Shown here in pieces: positions 30,649 to 40,429 of a stretch of DNA of 42,182 nucleotides (within the stretch, counting starts at the first letter, position 1; each line of letters starts with the position of its first letter). Source of the stretch: a virus. Lineage: Duplodnaviria; Caudoviricetes. The DNA lies in the IMG/VR virus record IMGVR_UViG_3300043618_000036, positions 1 through 42,182 of that record; one strand, written 5' to 3'. The translations under genes were made by a program, and so were the position numbers. The notes below the pieces were generated by a model that was not told the DNA's origin, searched no databases, and was given only the letters and a program-made list of their open reading frames with translations.

Positions 30649-31149
30649 ATGGTGAACGGGGAAGTTTTGGGATTCCAGGGCGAGCGGCAGAAGAGGCGGC
30701 GACGGGGCGGGCTAGCCGATGCGATCATCGCGGCGACCGCAGTCGTGATTGCGGGAGCTGCACTGGCGGTATGGGAGCCCTGGGCCGACGGTGCTCCGTT
30801 CACCGCGCTCAACCTGACACTGCAAGACGGGAAGTACACCAACCCGGGCGCTGCCCCCAACTCCTGCACCCGGACCGCTGCCTCCGAGGAGGAGACCGTT
30901 CTCCTCAGCACGGACGGCGAGCGGTTGGCCGCCGGACGGGAGGCCAAGGAAGGCACTCTGCTGGGGCCCGAGTACGGCGATTGGGCCGGGTACTGCGCCT
31001 TCAGCATCAGCATCGACAACGCGCCGGGCGGCCAAGGCACTTACCTGTGGGGGAGCACGGACCGGTTCGAGGTGTCGGAAGACGACCTGCGGAGGCCCCT
31101 GAAGGAGCAGATGGAGCGCCTCAAGACGACGAAGCGCCCGCAGGGCTGA
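30649..31149 (+). CDS. Membrane-anchored exported accessory protein (166 aa), opposite strand
   Basis: Basic stretch plus TM helix then WEPW; two Cys; CATGAT 6 nt before ATG; overlaps the portal 3' end. Confidence 0.7.
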   Translation: MVNGEVLGFQGERQKRRRRGGLADAIIAATAVVIAGAALAVWEPWADGAPFTALNLTLQDGKYTNPGAAPNSCTRTAASEEETVLLSTDGERLAAGREAKEGTLLGPEYGDWAGYCAFSISIDNAPGGQGTYLWGSTDRFEVSEDDLRRPLKEQMERLKTTKRPQG

Positions 31150-32947
31150 CCGCCGCCTTCGCGTCGCCCGATCCGGTCTCGGACGGGATCTCGGTGCGGC
31201 TGCCGGATGCCGTCGGGTCCTTGCCGACCGGCTCGCGGCGGGCGGCGGGCTCACGACGGCTCAGGATGCGCTGGACCTCTTCGCGGGCGTCCTCGATGGG
31301 GTAGCCCGCGTCTTGCAACATGCGGATGCCGGTCTCCAGGGACAACACACCCGCGGAGACACCCTTCACGACCTCGTCCAGGATGGCGGTGCGATCCGTG
31401 GGGGTGTGCGGCCCGAACACCATGCGGGCCGGGAAGTACTCGCCAACAGGCCAGCCCAGAGCCTGACCCGCCTGGTGGATGCGCTGCACCATCTTCAGCA
31501 GCAAGCTGTACTTGTGGGCGCGCGCCAGCCGCAGCGTGTCCACGAGGGAGTCCAGTGGTCCGAGAGACAACTGAAGCGCGTACCCACTGGGGACCTTCGA
31601 CGGGTCCACCGTCCCCAGACTCACCGCAGGCAGACGGGCGTTGACCGCAGCCCTGTCCCGGATCTCCTCGACGCGCGCCCGTAGTTCGGCGAGCTGCCCC
31701 GAGGTGTCGAGCACGTCCATCCGGCCCCCGTCGGCGAGCTGGAATACGGTGCCGGGCTCGACGGACAGCGGCTTCGGGCGGCCGGTGACCCGGTCGACCT
31801 CGGCGCGTGCTCCGGCCAGGCCGATGATCGGGGCACCCGTGGTCGCGGAGGCGCGCGCCGAGTCGGTGTCCGTCTCCGCCAGCTCGTCGAGGGCTTGCAT
31901 GACCTTCGCCAGCGACGACTGCCCGAAGTGCTCCCCGTCTGCGACGGTGTTGCTGATGTGGACGACGGGGATGAAGTCCAGACGCAGATCCAGACGGTGG
32001 AGAACTTCACCATCGACGCGGGTTCGGAACCTGGCCTTCTCCAGCGGCAGATCATCAAGGGACTGCCCGTGCCGCAGATCGTCCACATCCCACTCGGCGT
32101 CGGTGAGGTAGCAGGTGGTCGCCGACACCTGATCCGGCGCCCACGGGTAGCTGCGCTCGATCCGGTTGCTCTCCGGCCGGTAGACGTCACCGGGGGAGAG
32201 CATGATGCCCTCGCTGGTCTCCACCGCCTCCCGCCGACTGCGACCGTCCTTGTCCTGCACGGCCCGAAGAGCAACGTCGATCGGACCCAGCTCGTACGTG
32301 ATCCGCCGGACCCTGGCCTTCACTCCTTGCCTGGGATCCTCGGGGATCTCCCAGGCCAGGTGCACCCGGGTCGGGTAGTCGCCCGGGTCGGCATCGTCAT
32401 CGAGGACGGGGAAGTAGAACCCGGGGTCGTACGTCTTCAGCCGCACCCGCCCCTTCACCGGGTCCCACGCCAGCAGGTACACCCCGTCACCGAGCAGCAC
32501 GGCCTTCCGCTCCGCGGACTGCATCCGCAACGCCAGCAACTCCAGCTCGGCCCAACTCCGCAGCCGATCCTGAGCGTCCGCCGCCGCCACGGCCTCCGGC
32601 GGTGCGCCTTCGTCGCCGGCGTGCTCAGCGCCGGGCACCGTGATCTGCTGCGACTTCCCCAGCAGATGCGCCAGCGCCGTATCCACGAAGGTCGCCGGAT
32701 CACCGAACTCACGCCTCTCGGACGCCGCCTCGTTGCCGGTGAGCGTCGCGAGTTCGCCCGCCTGGTTTGAGTCGTAGGCCGCGAGCAGCTTGTACGCGGC
32801 GAGACGCCGGACCGCATCGTCGGGAACCCAGGAAGCGTAGGCCTCCGGAGACAGCACCCGGTGGGGCCGCCGGTTGAGGGAAGAGGCCATGGACGGCTTG
32901 TAGTTCAGCCAAGACCAGGCATCGGTAAGGAAGGCGTGCAGACCCAC
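31121..32947 (-). CDS. Portal protein (~608 aa)
   Basis: Between terminase and scaffold; LGDGVY, FIPVVHISN, FGQSSL and PSGYALQL motifs. Confidence 0.85.
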   Translation of the reverse strand: MGLHAFLTDAWSWLNYKPSMASSLNRRPHRVLSPEAYASWVPDDAVRRLAAYKLLAAYDSNQAGELATLTGNEAASERREFGDPATFVDTALAHLLGKSQQITVPGAEHAGDEGAPPEAVAAADAQDRLRSWAELELLALRMQSAERKAVLLGDGVYLLAWDPVKGRVRLKTYDPGFYFPVLDDDADPGDYPTRVHLAWEIPEDPRQGVKARVRRITYELGPIDVALRAVQDKDGRSRREAVETSEGIMLSPGDVYRPESNRIERSYPWAPDQVSATTCYLTDAEWDVDDLRHGQSLDDLPLEKARFRTRVDGEVLHRLDLRLDFIPVVHISNTVADGEHFGQSSLAKVMQALDELAETDTDSARASATTGAPIIGLAGARAEVDRVTGRPKPLSVEPGTVFQLADGGRMDVLDTSGQLAELRARVEEIRDRAAVNARLPAVSLGTVDPSKVPSGYALQLSLGPLDSLVDTLRLARAHKYSLLLKMVQRIHQAGQALGWPVGEYFPARMVFGPHTPTDRTAILDEVVKGVSAGVLSLETGIRMLQDAGYPIEDAREEVQRILSRREPAARREPVGKDPTASGSRTEIPSETGSGDAKAAVSPAGASSS

Positions 32948-32966
32948 GAGGAACGGTCCCGTCGAC

Positions 32967-33008
32967 AGCCCCGCGCCACACACCAGGTTAGGTGTGCGGA
33001 ACTACGCG
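32967..33008 (-). promoter_or_regulatory. Promoter-like motif CGCACACC-TAACCT-N7-GGCGCGGGGC
   Basis: Downstream part matches the 2766/30565 motif; upstream part matches 25350-25371. Confidence 0.55.
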
Positions 33009-33258
33009 TTCCCATGCGGTTCGGCATCCACTGACGTTTCGGGCAGTAACGCCGCTCCTGGCAGCGCGGCGGCTCGCCGTTCCTGCGGCCTCTACCGCCA
33101 TGACGGCGCCGCGGTATCTGTTCAACCGCTGTCGAACAGGACGGAGCGGAACGATGCCGGGGCCGTGCCCCCGCCTTTGGCCAGAAAGATCAAGGTGGCG
33201 ATGGCTGAATCCTGCCATCTATTGATAGACGCATTATCGGCGACTACGCTGACTACTC

Positions 33259-33453
33259 GTGACTGAACTAGAAGAGATCCTTAAGCAGCAAGAGGCCGCA
33301 CTTACTGGAATCGTGAATAACCTTATTGCAAACCCGGTGACTATAGTGGCGGTAGTTACTGATCAGGTATCGCCTAACGGCCTTTTGGGGCAAATACGGA
33401 GCGTCATCGACGAAACCACAATGGCCATCACGGAAGCCACAACTCAGAAATAG
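33259..33453 (+). CDS. Low-GC accessory protein (64 aa)
   Basis: AT-rich ORF; TACGCT 8 nt upstream; hairpin at about 33479-33513 downstream. Confidence 0.6.
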   Translation: MTELEEILKQQEAALTGIVNNLIANPVTIVAVVTDQVSPNGLLGQIRSVIDETTMAITEATTQK

Positions 33454-33568
33454 CGCGGCAGCACGACCAAGCCCGGCGGCTTCTGCCCCGATCTGAGAGT
33501 TCGGGGCAGAGGCGTCTCCAGACGCGATTGTTCGCCTCACTGTTTCCGCCCTCGGCCGCGAAGCCGTC

Positions 33569-33760
33569 TTATGGCATCTGAGCCTGGGCCTGCTTCTCAA
33601 TACCGGCAAAGAGCGGCCCTTGCTCGCCAGGCCGCTCTTCCCACTGGTCCGCAAGCGTCTCGTCGTCTCGGCACCCGCTGACGCGTTCCAGATCTTCCCC
33701 TCCGTCGAGGAAGTGACCGGCGAAACCTGGCACTGGCCGAGCCAGGTAGGAGCAGCACAC
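33569..33760 (-). CDS. Small acidic hypothetical protein (63 aa)
   Basis: GGAG RBS just after the terminase stop. Confidence 0.45.
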   Translation of the reverse strand: MCCSYLARPVPGFAGHFLDGGEDLERVSGCRDDETLADQWEERPGEQGPLFAGIEKQAQAQMP

Positions 33761-33769
33761 ACGCCGCTC

Positions 33770-35308
33770 CTACCGTCGTCCCGAGAGCCGTCCGTCACGG
33801 TAGGCCGATGAGGTGACGCCGCTGTGTTGTGGGTCGGCCAGCTGCGTAAGCGCGTGTACGGCCGCGTCCATCCTGTCCGGGCTGTTCATACCGGCAACCC
33901 ACGTCACCATCTGCTGTTCGAGCACGGGCCATTCCCCGACATGGTGAACGCGCCCCTGCTCGTAAAGCTGGGCAATCGGCTCCGCCCTCAGCCTTTTGCC
34001 GTGCTTTGCTGTGACGGACAGGACGGCGGGCATCAGCATGTTCTCCGTGCGCTTCTCACGGTGAAGCTCCTGCCACGCCTGGTTGAGGATCTGCTTCGAC
34101 ATGTCGCCGCCGTAGTTCGACTCCACGACGATCGCGTCCGCCCGCAGCTCGATCGCGAGCAAGCAGGCTTCACGCCCCCACGCATCGGCCCCCCGGTTAC
34201 CCGAGCGGTCGTCGAGGACGTACAGGTGCCCGCCACGGTCGGTGGCAGCGGCGACGATGCCCGTCTCGTCGCCCACAGCGGATTCCCCGCCCGCCGGGTC
34301 GACGGCGACCACGATCCGGGTGAGGTCGATGCCCCGGAACTGGGCTGCGCTGATGCGGTTGTTGGTGATCCATGCCCACTCCCACACGCCGCCGTCCTGC
34401 GGGCGGGGCTGCTGCATGTACAGCGACCACCAGACGCGTTCGCCGACCGAGCGGCGGATCTCGGTGAGGGCGTCGTGGTCGTACCGTTCCGGCCATAGGG
34501 GCGCGCCGATCGGGCGGCCGAGCGCGTCGTCCTCGGACAGGGCCAGGGCGGGCAGGTCGATGACCGTCCACCGGTCGCCCTCGTCCGCCAAGACGCGGCC
34601 GGCGAGGTCGTCCTCGTCCCACCGGGTCTGGATGAGGATGACCGACCCACCCGGCTCGATTCGGGTGAGAAGGACGGCCTGCCACCACTCCCACAGGCGC
34701 TTACGCATGGTGGGGGACGACGCTTCGGCGGCGTCCTTGATCGGGTCGTCCACCACCGCCAGGTGGGCTCCCTTGCCGGTGAGGCCGCCGCCGACACCGG
34801 CCATGACGGCCCCGCCCTCGGTCCCGGCGAGGTCGAAGCGGTTCGCGGCCGAGGAGCCTGGGCGCAGGCTGATGCCGAGCTGGGGGCTGTAGTTGAGGAT
34901 CGCGTCCCGGATCCACCGGCCGTGGTCGTCGGCGAGGTCGGAGGAGTAGGAGGCGATCATCACCCGGTGCTCCGGACGCCGCCGCAGGTACCAGAGCGGC
35001 GCCCACCGGGCGGCCCTGCGGCTTTTGCCGTGCCGCGGGGGCATCGTCAGCAGAAGCTTCGTCGGCTTCCCGGCGGCGACCCGCTCGAACGCGGCGTCGA
35101 TCTTCGCCAGGTGCGGGGCCTGCATCTCCCGGCCCTCGGTGAGAACGGACGCCATAGCCCCGGGGGAGCGGTCCATCGCCAGCTCGCGTTCGATGCGGAC
35201 GAGCTGGGCGCGGAGCTGTGGGGTGGAGGCTGCGGCTATCTCACGCCGTTGGTGCGCGGGAAGCGACCGGTACAGGGCGAGGACCGCAGCCTCGTCAGCC
35301 TTCGGCAC
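33770..35308 (-). CDS. terL: Terminase large subunit (512 aa)
   Basis: Walker A PPRHGKS, Walker B AVVDDP, QTRW, nuclease VAVDPA and SPDRMDA. Confidence 0.95.
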   Translation of the reverse strand: MPKADEAAVLALYRSLPAHQRREIAAASTPQLRAQLVRIERELAMDRSPGAMASVLTEGREMQAPHLAKIDAAFERVAAGKPTKLLLTMPPRHGKSRRAARWAPLWYLRRRPEHRVMIASYSSDLADDHGRWIRDAILNYSPQLGISLRPGSSAANRFDLAGTEGGAVMAGVGGGLTGKGAHLAVVDDPIKDAAEASSPTMRKRLWEWWQAVLLTRIEPGGSVILIQTRWDEDDLAGRVLADEGDRWTVIDLPALALSEDDALGRPIGAPLWPERYDHDALTEIRRSVGERVWWSLYMQQPRPQDGGVWEWAWITNNRISAAQFRGIDLTRIVVAVDPAGGESAVGDETGIVAAATDRGGHLYVLDDRSGNRGADAWGREACLLAIELRADAIVVESNYGGDMSKQILNQAWQELHREKRTENMLMPAVLSVTAKHGKRLRAEPIAQLYEQGRVHHVGEWPVLEQQMVTWVAGMNSPDRMDAAVHALTQLADPQHSGVTSSAYRDGRLSGRR

Positions 35309-35846
35309 CCTCGCCCTCGGAGGTTCCGGCGAGCGCGATCAGGCGTTCCAGCTCGGCCAGACCTGCCGTCTCGACCTGCACTGCCCCGCCGTCCGGCCCG
35401 GACAGTTCCGTGCGGACGGGCCGGTCGAGCCCGAGGAGGCGGCTGCTGCGCTCGATGATCCGCACTGCACGGTCCACGGCCTGGTAGTCGCCGGAGCGGA
35501 TCGCCGCACGGTAGACCGTGAAGAACAGTCGCTCCAGTCGCTCCACCATGAGCTGGCGCAGCTCGTCGCTGTTGCCGTCGAGGACGGTGGTGCGTTCCAG
35601 GAGGGCCTTGGAGACGTCCTTGCACGCCAGCTCGATCAGGCGTTTGTCGGTGGGAGGTTCCTGGCCGCGCTTGTACTTGTCGATGCCGTACCCCTGCGGG
35701 TACGCCACCCCGTCGGTGTTCACTGACGGGTCGGCGGCGAGCTTGCGGGCGATCGTCAGCCAGTCGACGCCGGCGAGCTTGAGGTCGATCGCATCCGCGC
35801 GGCGCTGGGTGATCGCGGCCCGAATCGCCCGGTTGGGGCGGCCCAT
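35295..35846 (-). CDS. terS: Terminase small subunit (183 aa)
   Basis: HTH-like N-terminus; RLLGLD and ELSGPDGGAVQ; overlaps terL. Confidence 0.75.
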   Translation of the reverse strand: MGRPNRAIRAAITQRRADAIDLKLAGVDWLTIARKLAADPSVNTDGVAYPQGYGIDKYKRGQEPPTDKRLIELACKDVSKALLERTTVLDGNSDELRQLMVERLERLFFTVYRAAIRSGDYQAVDRAVRIIERSSRLLGLDRPVRTELSGPDGGAVQVETAGLAELERLIALAGTSEGEGAEG

Positions 35847-35926
35847 GAACAACTCCCGGACCCCACGCCGCCCTTCCATGATCCTGTAGCGAAGGCAGGC
35901 AGAGGGGCCCGTCGGTAGAGGGCATT

Positions 35927-35952
35927 GCCCCGCGCCGGTCGAGGCGCGGGGC
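35927..35952 (-). terminator. Hairpin gccccgcgcc-ggtcga-ggcgcggggc
   Basis: 10-bp stem after the 72-aa gene. Confidence 0.6.
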
Positions 35953-35965
35953 GGGAGCAGCGGGC

Positions 35966-36184
35966 TTAGATGTGCTTGCCCAGCGTCCAGTGCGTGAGGC
36001 GGTCCACGAGGTCGAGGATGTGGCGGCGCGGACCGGCGGCCACGAAGGGGAACACGACGAATGCGGGGATGAAGGCGATCACGGCGAACAGGGCCGGAAT
36101 GAGGCGGACGACGATCGTCAGGAAGTCGACGAGGGCGCGGAGGGTACGTCCCTGGGACAGGATGTCGAGAAGGCGGTCGAACAA
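35966..36184 (-). CDS. Small membrane protein (72 aa)
   Basis: AGGAG RBS, TTG start, long hydrophobic segment. Confidence 0.65.
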   Translation of the reverse strand: MFDRLLDILSQGRTLRALVDFLTIVVRLIPALFAVIAFIPAFVVFPFVAAGPRRHILDLVDRLTHWTLGKHI

Positions 36185-36488
36185 GGCGGGCTCCTAAGGG
36201 CTCGGTGAAACGACCTGGCTAACCGCCTGAAGGCGTACCTCTCCCTCAGATGGTGCCGTCGCATCTGGCGACAGCAGCCGGGTCATCGAACCGCTCCCCC
36301 TGGCCCGCTTGTTGCGAGTCAGGGGCGGGTTCTACGCCGCTCCCTCATGTGTGCCTCCTGGAGCCCGAATGGGGTCCTCGTCAGTGGGGCCGTCGTATCA
36401 CGTTCGACGGCCCGGAGAGATTACCGGGCCGTCGACAGTGTTCACAAGAGGATTGTCCGCGCCGTCAGGTTGTCCCCATGTGGCGCGG

Positions 36489-37022
36489 TCAGAAGGTCAG
36501 TTGCTCACCTTGACTGTCCGGCTCGGTCTTCGGTGGTCGCGGTTCAGCGTCGGGTACGTTCCGGTGCGTCTTGAGCCACCATCCGAGCTGCCAGTTCCGG
36601 CAAGTCCGGTAGCGGCGCCCGGATCGCAGGGGCGCACCCAGCGGGATGCTGTGCTCGCCCCACCCGGTGATGGGGCGGGCGTTGGTCAGCTTGACCTTCA
36701 GCCCGGGGACGGTGGCGTCTCCCTCCCAGGTTTCGCCGGGTGCGTGCTCGAAGGCGAGGTGTGCGTTGCGGCCCCAGTCCCAGGGGATGGGCAGGGCGCA
36801 CAGGTACCAGGCGACGGGCGGGTTGTCTGCCGGCAGCAGGAGAGTCTGGGTGCGTCGGCGGTGGCTGACGTCGTGACGGTCGCACTCGGCGAACGTCTTC
36901 AGGCAGTGCTCCGTGAGGTCGACCTCACGGACTCCTGCCAGCCACATGATGCGATAGGTGTCCCTCGCCTCTATCTCGATGCGAACCTGTTCAGGGTTCG
37001 CCCCCGAATTCATTTCCTTCAC
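36489..37022 (-). CDS. Hypothetical protein (177 aa) coupled to the ParB-methyltransferase
   Basis: GTGA overlap; HC...WYLC...NAH residues. Confidence 0.7.
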   Translation of the reverse strand: MKEMNSGANPEQVRIEIEARDTYRIMWLAGVREVDLTEHCLKTFAECDRHDVSHRRRTQTLLLPADNPPVAWYLCALPIPWDWGRNAHLAFEHAPGETWEGDATVPGLKVKLTNARPITGWGEHSIPLGAPLRSGRRYRTCRNWQLGWWLKTHRNVPDAEPRPPKTEPDSQGEQLTF

Positions 37023-38461
37023 CCCTCCAATTTGCTATTCCTATCCTTGATCAATTCTATCAGAATTGCGGCAATTCCTTCATGTTTGTTATGTCGGAAG
37101 TCGTTGGGGTACGGCATATTGAATTCATTGCGGAAAGCCTCTTCGTATTCCTCGATGGGGAATACGCGGGGCTTGCGGCAGATCGCCTTGACGGTGGCGC
37201 GGGACGTGTCGCTGAGCTGCACGTCCTCGAAATATCGGAGCAGTAGGCCGCGCAGGGATTCGGGGGTGTGGTAGCGGATGCGCTGCCACTTCCCCTTCAC
37301 GAACCGCATGTCGACGTTCTCACTGTCGAGGAAGTTCAGGCGGGTCGAGTCGCGGCTGATGGAGTGGCTGGAGTTCTCGTACGCCAGCTCACGTTCCAGG
37401 TTGCGGGTGCCGATGCATACCTGGCCGTCCGCCGCGCACAGGGCGTTCACGGTGAGGAGTACCCAGTGCTGGTAGTCCAGCGACGTGGTGGCGTTGATGA
37501 CGGAGTCCAGCACCACCACCTCGTAAAGGCCCCGCTCCCGCAGCTCCCGCTCGATGCTGCGGATCTGGCCGACGATCGTGCGGATGTCGAGGGAGTACTT
37601 GCCCTTCAGGGTGCGGTACGGCTCGTAGTCCTGAACCTTGTACCCCTTGCCGCGCAGGTGCCGGGCGTAGTCCCCGTGGCCGGCGCCGAAGTCCACCACC
37701 CGCGTGGACGTGGTGATCTGCGGCAGGACGAGGCGCTCCCACACCTCGGACTTGTAGCGGACCTGGTCGGCCTTCGCCTTCGAGGAATGCTCACGGAGCC
37801 GATTGGGCTGCACGATGTGCTGGTTCCACACCGGGGCCTGTTCCTCCAGGCCGCTCCAGTCGTACACGCCGTACTCGCCGGTGAGGTCCTGCACCAGCTC
37901 GGCGGCATCGGAGGACGCGCAGGTCCAGGCGAGGATGTCGAACCGCTGGGTCTTGGCGACGGCCGCGTACTCGGCGTTGAGGACGATGCGTCCCTGGTCG
38001 TCGATGACGACGGACCCCCAGGCTCCGTGGGCTGCGGTCATGAATGCGATCGCCTGCTGGAAGGGCAGGTTCTTCGACTCCTCGACCTGGATGGTCTGCC
38101 ACGGAATCCAGCACCACTGGCCGATCGGCCCCGGTTCCGCGTAGACGAGCGACGACTCGGTCTCGACCCGGTTGTGCAGGAGGTTGAACTTGATCTCGTC
38201 CTGGAGGCGGACCTTCTGCGGCAGGATCATCGCCGGAGTCGTCTCCTGCCCGATCGCCTTCAGCCCCTTGGTTCTCTGGTGACCGGCGACCAGGGTGCCG
38301 TCCGCATTCAGGATGACGGGCTTGACGACACCGTGGCGGCCCAGCGACCCCTGGAGACGGACGAACGACTCGGGGGAAAGACGACGCGGGTTGTACTCCG
38401 CGGGGCGCAGCTTCGCCAACGGGTAGGCGGGATCGAAGCGGACATCGAGACTGCGGCTCAT
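37019..38461 (-). CDS. ParB/Srx domain fused to a SAM-dependent methyltransferase (480 aa)
   Basis: LRPAEYNPR...LVAGHQR ParB motif; VVDFGAGHG SAM motif; VVLDSVINA. Confidence 0.82.
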   Translation of the reverse strand: MSRSLDVRFDPAYPLAKLRPAEYNPRRLSPESFVRLQGSLGRHGVVKPVILNADGTLVAGHQRTKGLKAIGQETTPAMILPQKVRLQDEIKFNLLHNRVETESSLVYAEPGPIGQWCWIPWQTIQVEESKNLPFQQAIAFMTAAHGAWGSVVIDDQGRIVLNAEYAAVAKTQRFDILAWTCASSDAAELVQDLTGEYGVYDWSGLEEQAPVWNQHIVQPNRLREHSSKAKADQVRYKSEVWERLVLPQITTSTRVVDFGAGHGDYARHLRGKGYKVQDYEPYRTLKGKYSLDIRTIVGQIRSIERELRERGLYEVVVLDSVINATTSLDYQHWVLLTVNALCAADGQVCIGTRNLERELAYENSSHSISRDSTRLNFLDSENVDMRFVKGKWQRIRYHTPESLRGLLLRYFEDVQLSDTSRATVKAICRKPRVFPIEEYEEAFRNEFNMPYPNDFRHNKHEGIAAILIELIKDRNSKLEG

Positions 38462-39120
38462 GCCACACCCCCCTCAGAGGCCTGGTGCTCCTCGTTCAGG
38501 ACGTGCCACCCGAACCCGAGATCGGTGTCCTGATCGGCCACGAACCGCTGATACAGGGCGTCGAACAGCTCGACCTCGGCCTGAGTGATCCGCACACGAG
38601 TGGAAGACCACTGCATGTACCCCCACTGGAGATAGTCGACCGACGCCGCCGCCCCCGTGCCGGCGCCGTCGGTGGGCAGCTCGATCGGGGCGGGGAGAAC
38701 GGTGGAGTCGAGGAGGTCGTCCACCTGCCCCTGGTCGTACCCGGTGCCCTCCAGGTCCGGCAGCTCGGAGAGGACTTCCGCGAGGAGGACGCTGTCGTAC
38801 CCGGCGAGGTCGTTGGTGCGGTTGTCGACGATGACGATCTTCGCTGCCGCATCGTCGTCGACGTCGAGCCAGGTGACGGCGATCTGCTCCCAGCCCAGAT
38901 GCCGGGCGGCCTTGAGGGTGTGGTTGCCCGCCAGAACCTCGTTTGCCCGGCCGGTCAGGGTGCCCTTGTTGACGACGATTGGCCGGTACTGCCCGTTCGC
39001 AGTAAGGCTTTCGGCGATCGCTCCGAGGTCACCGGTGCGCGGGTTGCGGTGGTAGTGCACCAGGTCGGCCACAGGGACCGCGAGGTCTGCCAGCGAGGCC
39101 GGGATACGGACTTGAGACAC
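38458..39120 (-). CDS. ParB/Srx N-terminal domain protein (220 aa)
   Basis: YHRNPR, GQYRPIVV, LAGNHT and DNRT motifs. Confidence 0.82.
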   Translation of the reverse strand: MSQVRIPASLADLAVPVADLVHYHRNPRTGDLGAIAESLTANGQYRPIVVNKGTLTGRANEVLAGNHTLKAARHLGWEQIAVTWLDVDDDAAAKIVIVDNRTNDLAGYDSVLLAEVLSELPDLEGTGYDQGQVDDLLDSTVLPAPIELPTDGAGTGAAASVDYLQWGYMQWSSTRVRITQAEVELFDALYQRFVADQDTDLGFGWHVLNEEHQASEGGVA

Positions 39121-39226
39121 GACAGTGCTCCAGCCCCGCACCCACCCACGACTCTAGGTGAGCAGGCGAGCCAGGCCGTGCGGTTGCCGGGATGCGGATC
39201 ACCGTGCACGGGGGCACGGTGGACGC

Positions 39227-39472
39227 ATGGCTGCACAAATCGTCGTGCACAGACCGCTCGGTGCGGGCGGGCGCCGTGTCACGTTGGGCGAGCGCATCAT
39301 GGGCGTGGTTTACAGCGATGTCGATTTGGCGGAGCTGTTGCGCCGAGCGGGTCTCGATGAGGCTCAGGCGCTGGTCGACGGCGACTCGACCATGATCGAG
39401 TGGCGTGGAGGCGATCCTCATGACTTCGGGTGGGGGCCTGGTGTGGCTGGCTCTCCGCCGCCCCCTCGCTGA
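39227..39472 (+). CDS. Small Streptomyces-type hypothetical protein (81 aa), probably leaderless
   Basis: IVVHRP..GGRRV...LLRRAGL...IEWRGG; CACGGT 6 nt before ATG. Confidence 0.7.
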   Translation: MAAQIVVHRPLGAGGRRVTLGERIMGVVYSDVDLAELLRRAGLDEAQALVDGDSTMIEWRGGDPHDFGWGPGVAGSPPPPR

Positions 39473-39879
39473 TAGTGCCCTTCGTCCTCGCTGGTGCCGG
39501 TTGTGGTGGGGGCGATGATGTATTCGCACCCGGCGGACTTCCAGTCGATGGGCAGTCCTGCGGCCTTCCTTGCGCGCCGGTACGTCAGCGCCCAGCCCAT
39601 GGAGTGGTGGGTCTTCTCTTCCGGCCCTATCTGCACCTGCCACCACAGCCAGCCGAACGGGTGGGTACGGCCGATCGCTCCGGGTGGCACGAAGGCGTGC
39701 GTCGTGCTCTTACTGAACTTCGCCGCTACCTCGGCGGCCTGCCGTGCGCCGGTGAATACCCTCAGGTCGTTTCGGGTTCCCTCGCGTGCGGCTTGCACGA
39801 TTCCGCGGACGAGACTTGCGCCGAACACGGCGACTGCCAGGGAGGCGATGACGCCGAGGAGTGTCCAACTGTCGTTCAC
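39418..39879 (-). CDS. Hypothetical membrane protein (153 aa)
   Basis: N-terminal TM helix; GTGA overlap with upstream ORF. Confidence 0.55.
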   Translation of the reverse strand: MNDSWTLLGVIASLAVAVFGASLVRGIVQAAREGTRNDLRVFTGARQAAEVAAKFSKSTTHAFVPPGAIGRTHPFGWLWWQVQIGPEEKTHHSMGWALTYRRARKAAGLPIDWKSAGCEYIIAPTTTGTSEDEGHYQRGGGGEPATPGPHPKS

Positions 39880-40037
39880 TGGCTCTTCCCCGCCGCTCGG
39901 GAGAGGGCTGTGCGGCACGAGGCGATCGTCTCCGCCAGTGTTGCCTGCACGGGCACATCGGGGCGGGCGTGGGCGAGTTGGGCGTGCCAGGCGACATTCT
40001 GTTCCATGCGCGTCCTGCTGGTGATCCTCTTCGGCAT
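39876..40037 (-). CDS. Small hypothetical protein (53 aa)
   Basis: MPKRITSRTRMEQNVAWH...; AAGGA RBS; stop overlaps next start. Confidence 0.4.
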   Translation of the reverse strand: MPKRITSRTRMEQNVAWHAQLAHARPDVPVQATLAETIASCRTALSRAAGKSQ

Positions 40038-40429
40038 CGACTGCGTCCTTCCCCGCGGATCGCGTGTGCGGCGTCCGTCTGTCTACCTGACCTCTGGGGC
40101 CGATCACAATGCTTGCCGGGATGAGGCCAGAGCCGCTGCAGGCGGCTGGGGCAGCACGAAGCCCTGCGAACGGGGGTTTCGCAGGGCTTCCTACCAGAAG
40201 GCCACCCCCGCGCCCACCGTCGGCGCCGCGAAAGCAACACACGGGTGGTGGCGTCGCGGGTGGCGGCGCTGTGGAGGTGGTCTTGCGGCAGGACGGGGGC
40301 GTGAACGGTGTGGGTGTAGCCGTGCCACAGTCCGCACCCCTTGCACTCGGGTGCGGGGAACGCTCCGGCATCGCACAGGTAGACGACCCCTATCCACTCG
40401 CCCCCGCCCTGGTAGGCGGCGTACCCCTG

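Noticed and set aside
37019-39120. ParAB partition operon
   Set aside because: No ParA ATPase in the window; the ParB domains have no evident HTH and are linked to a methyltransferase
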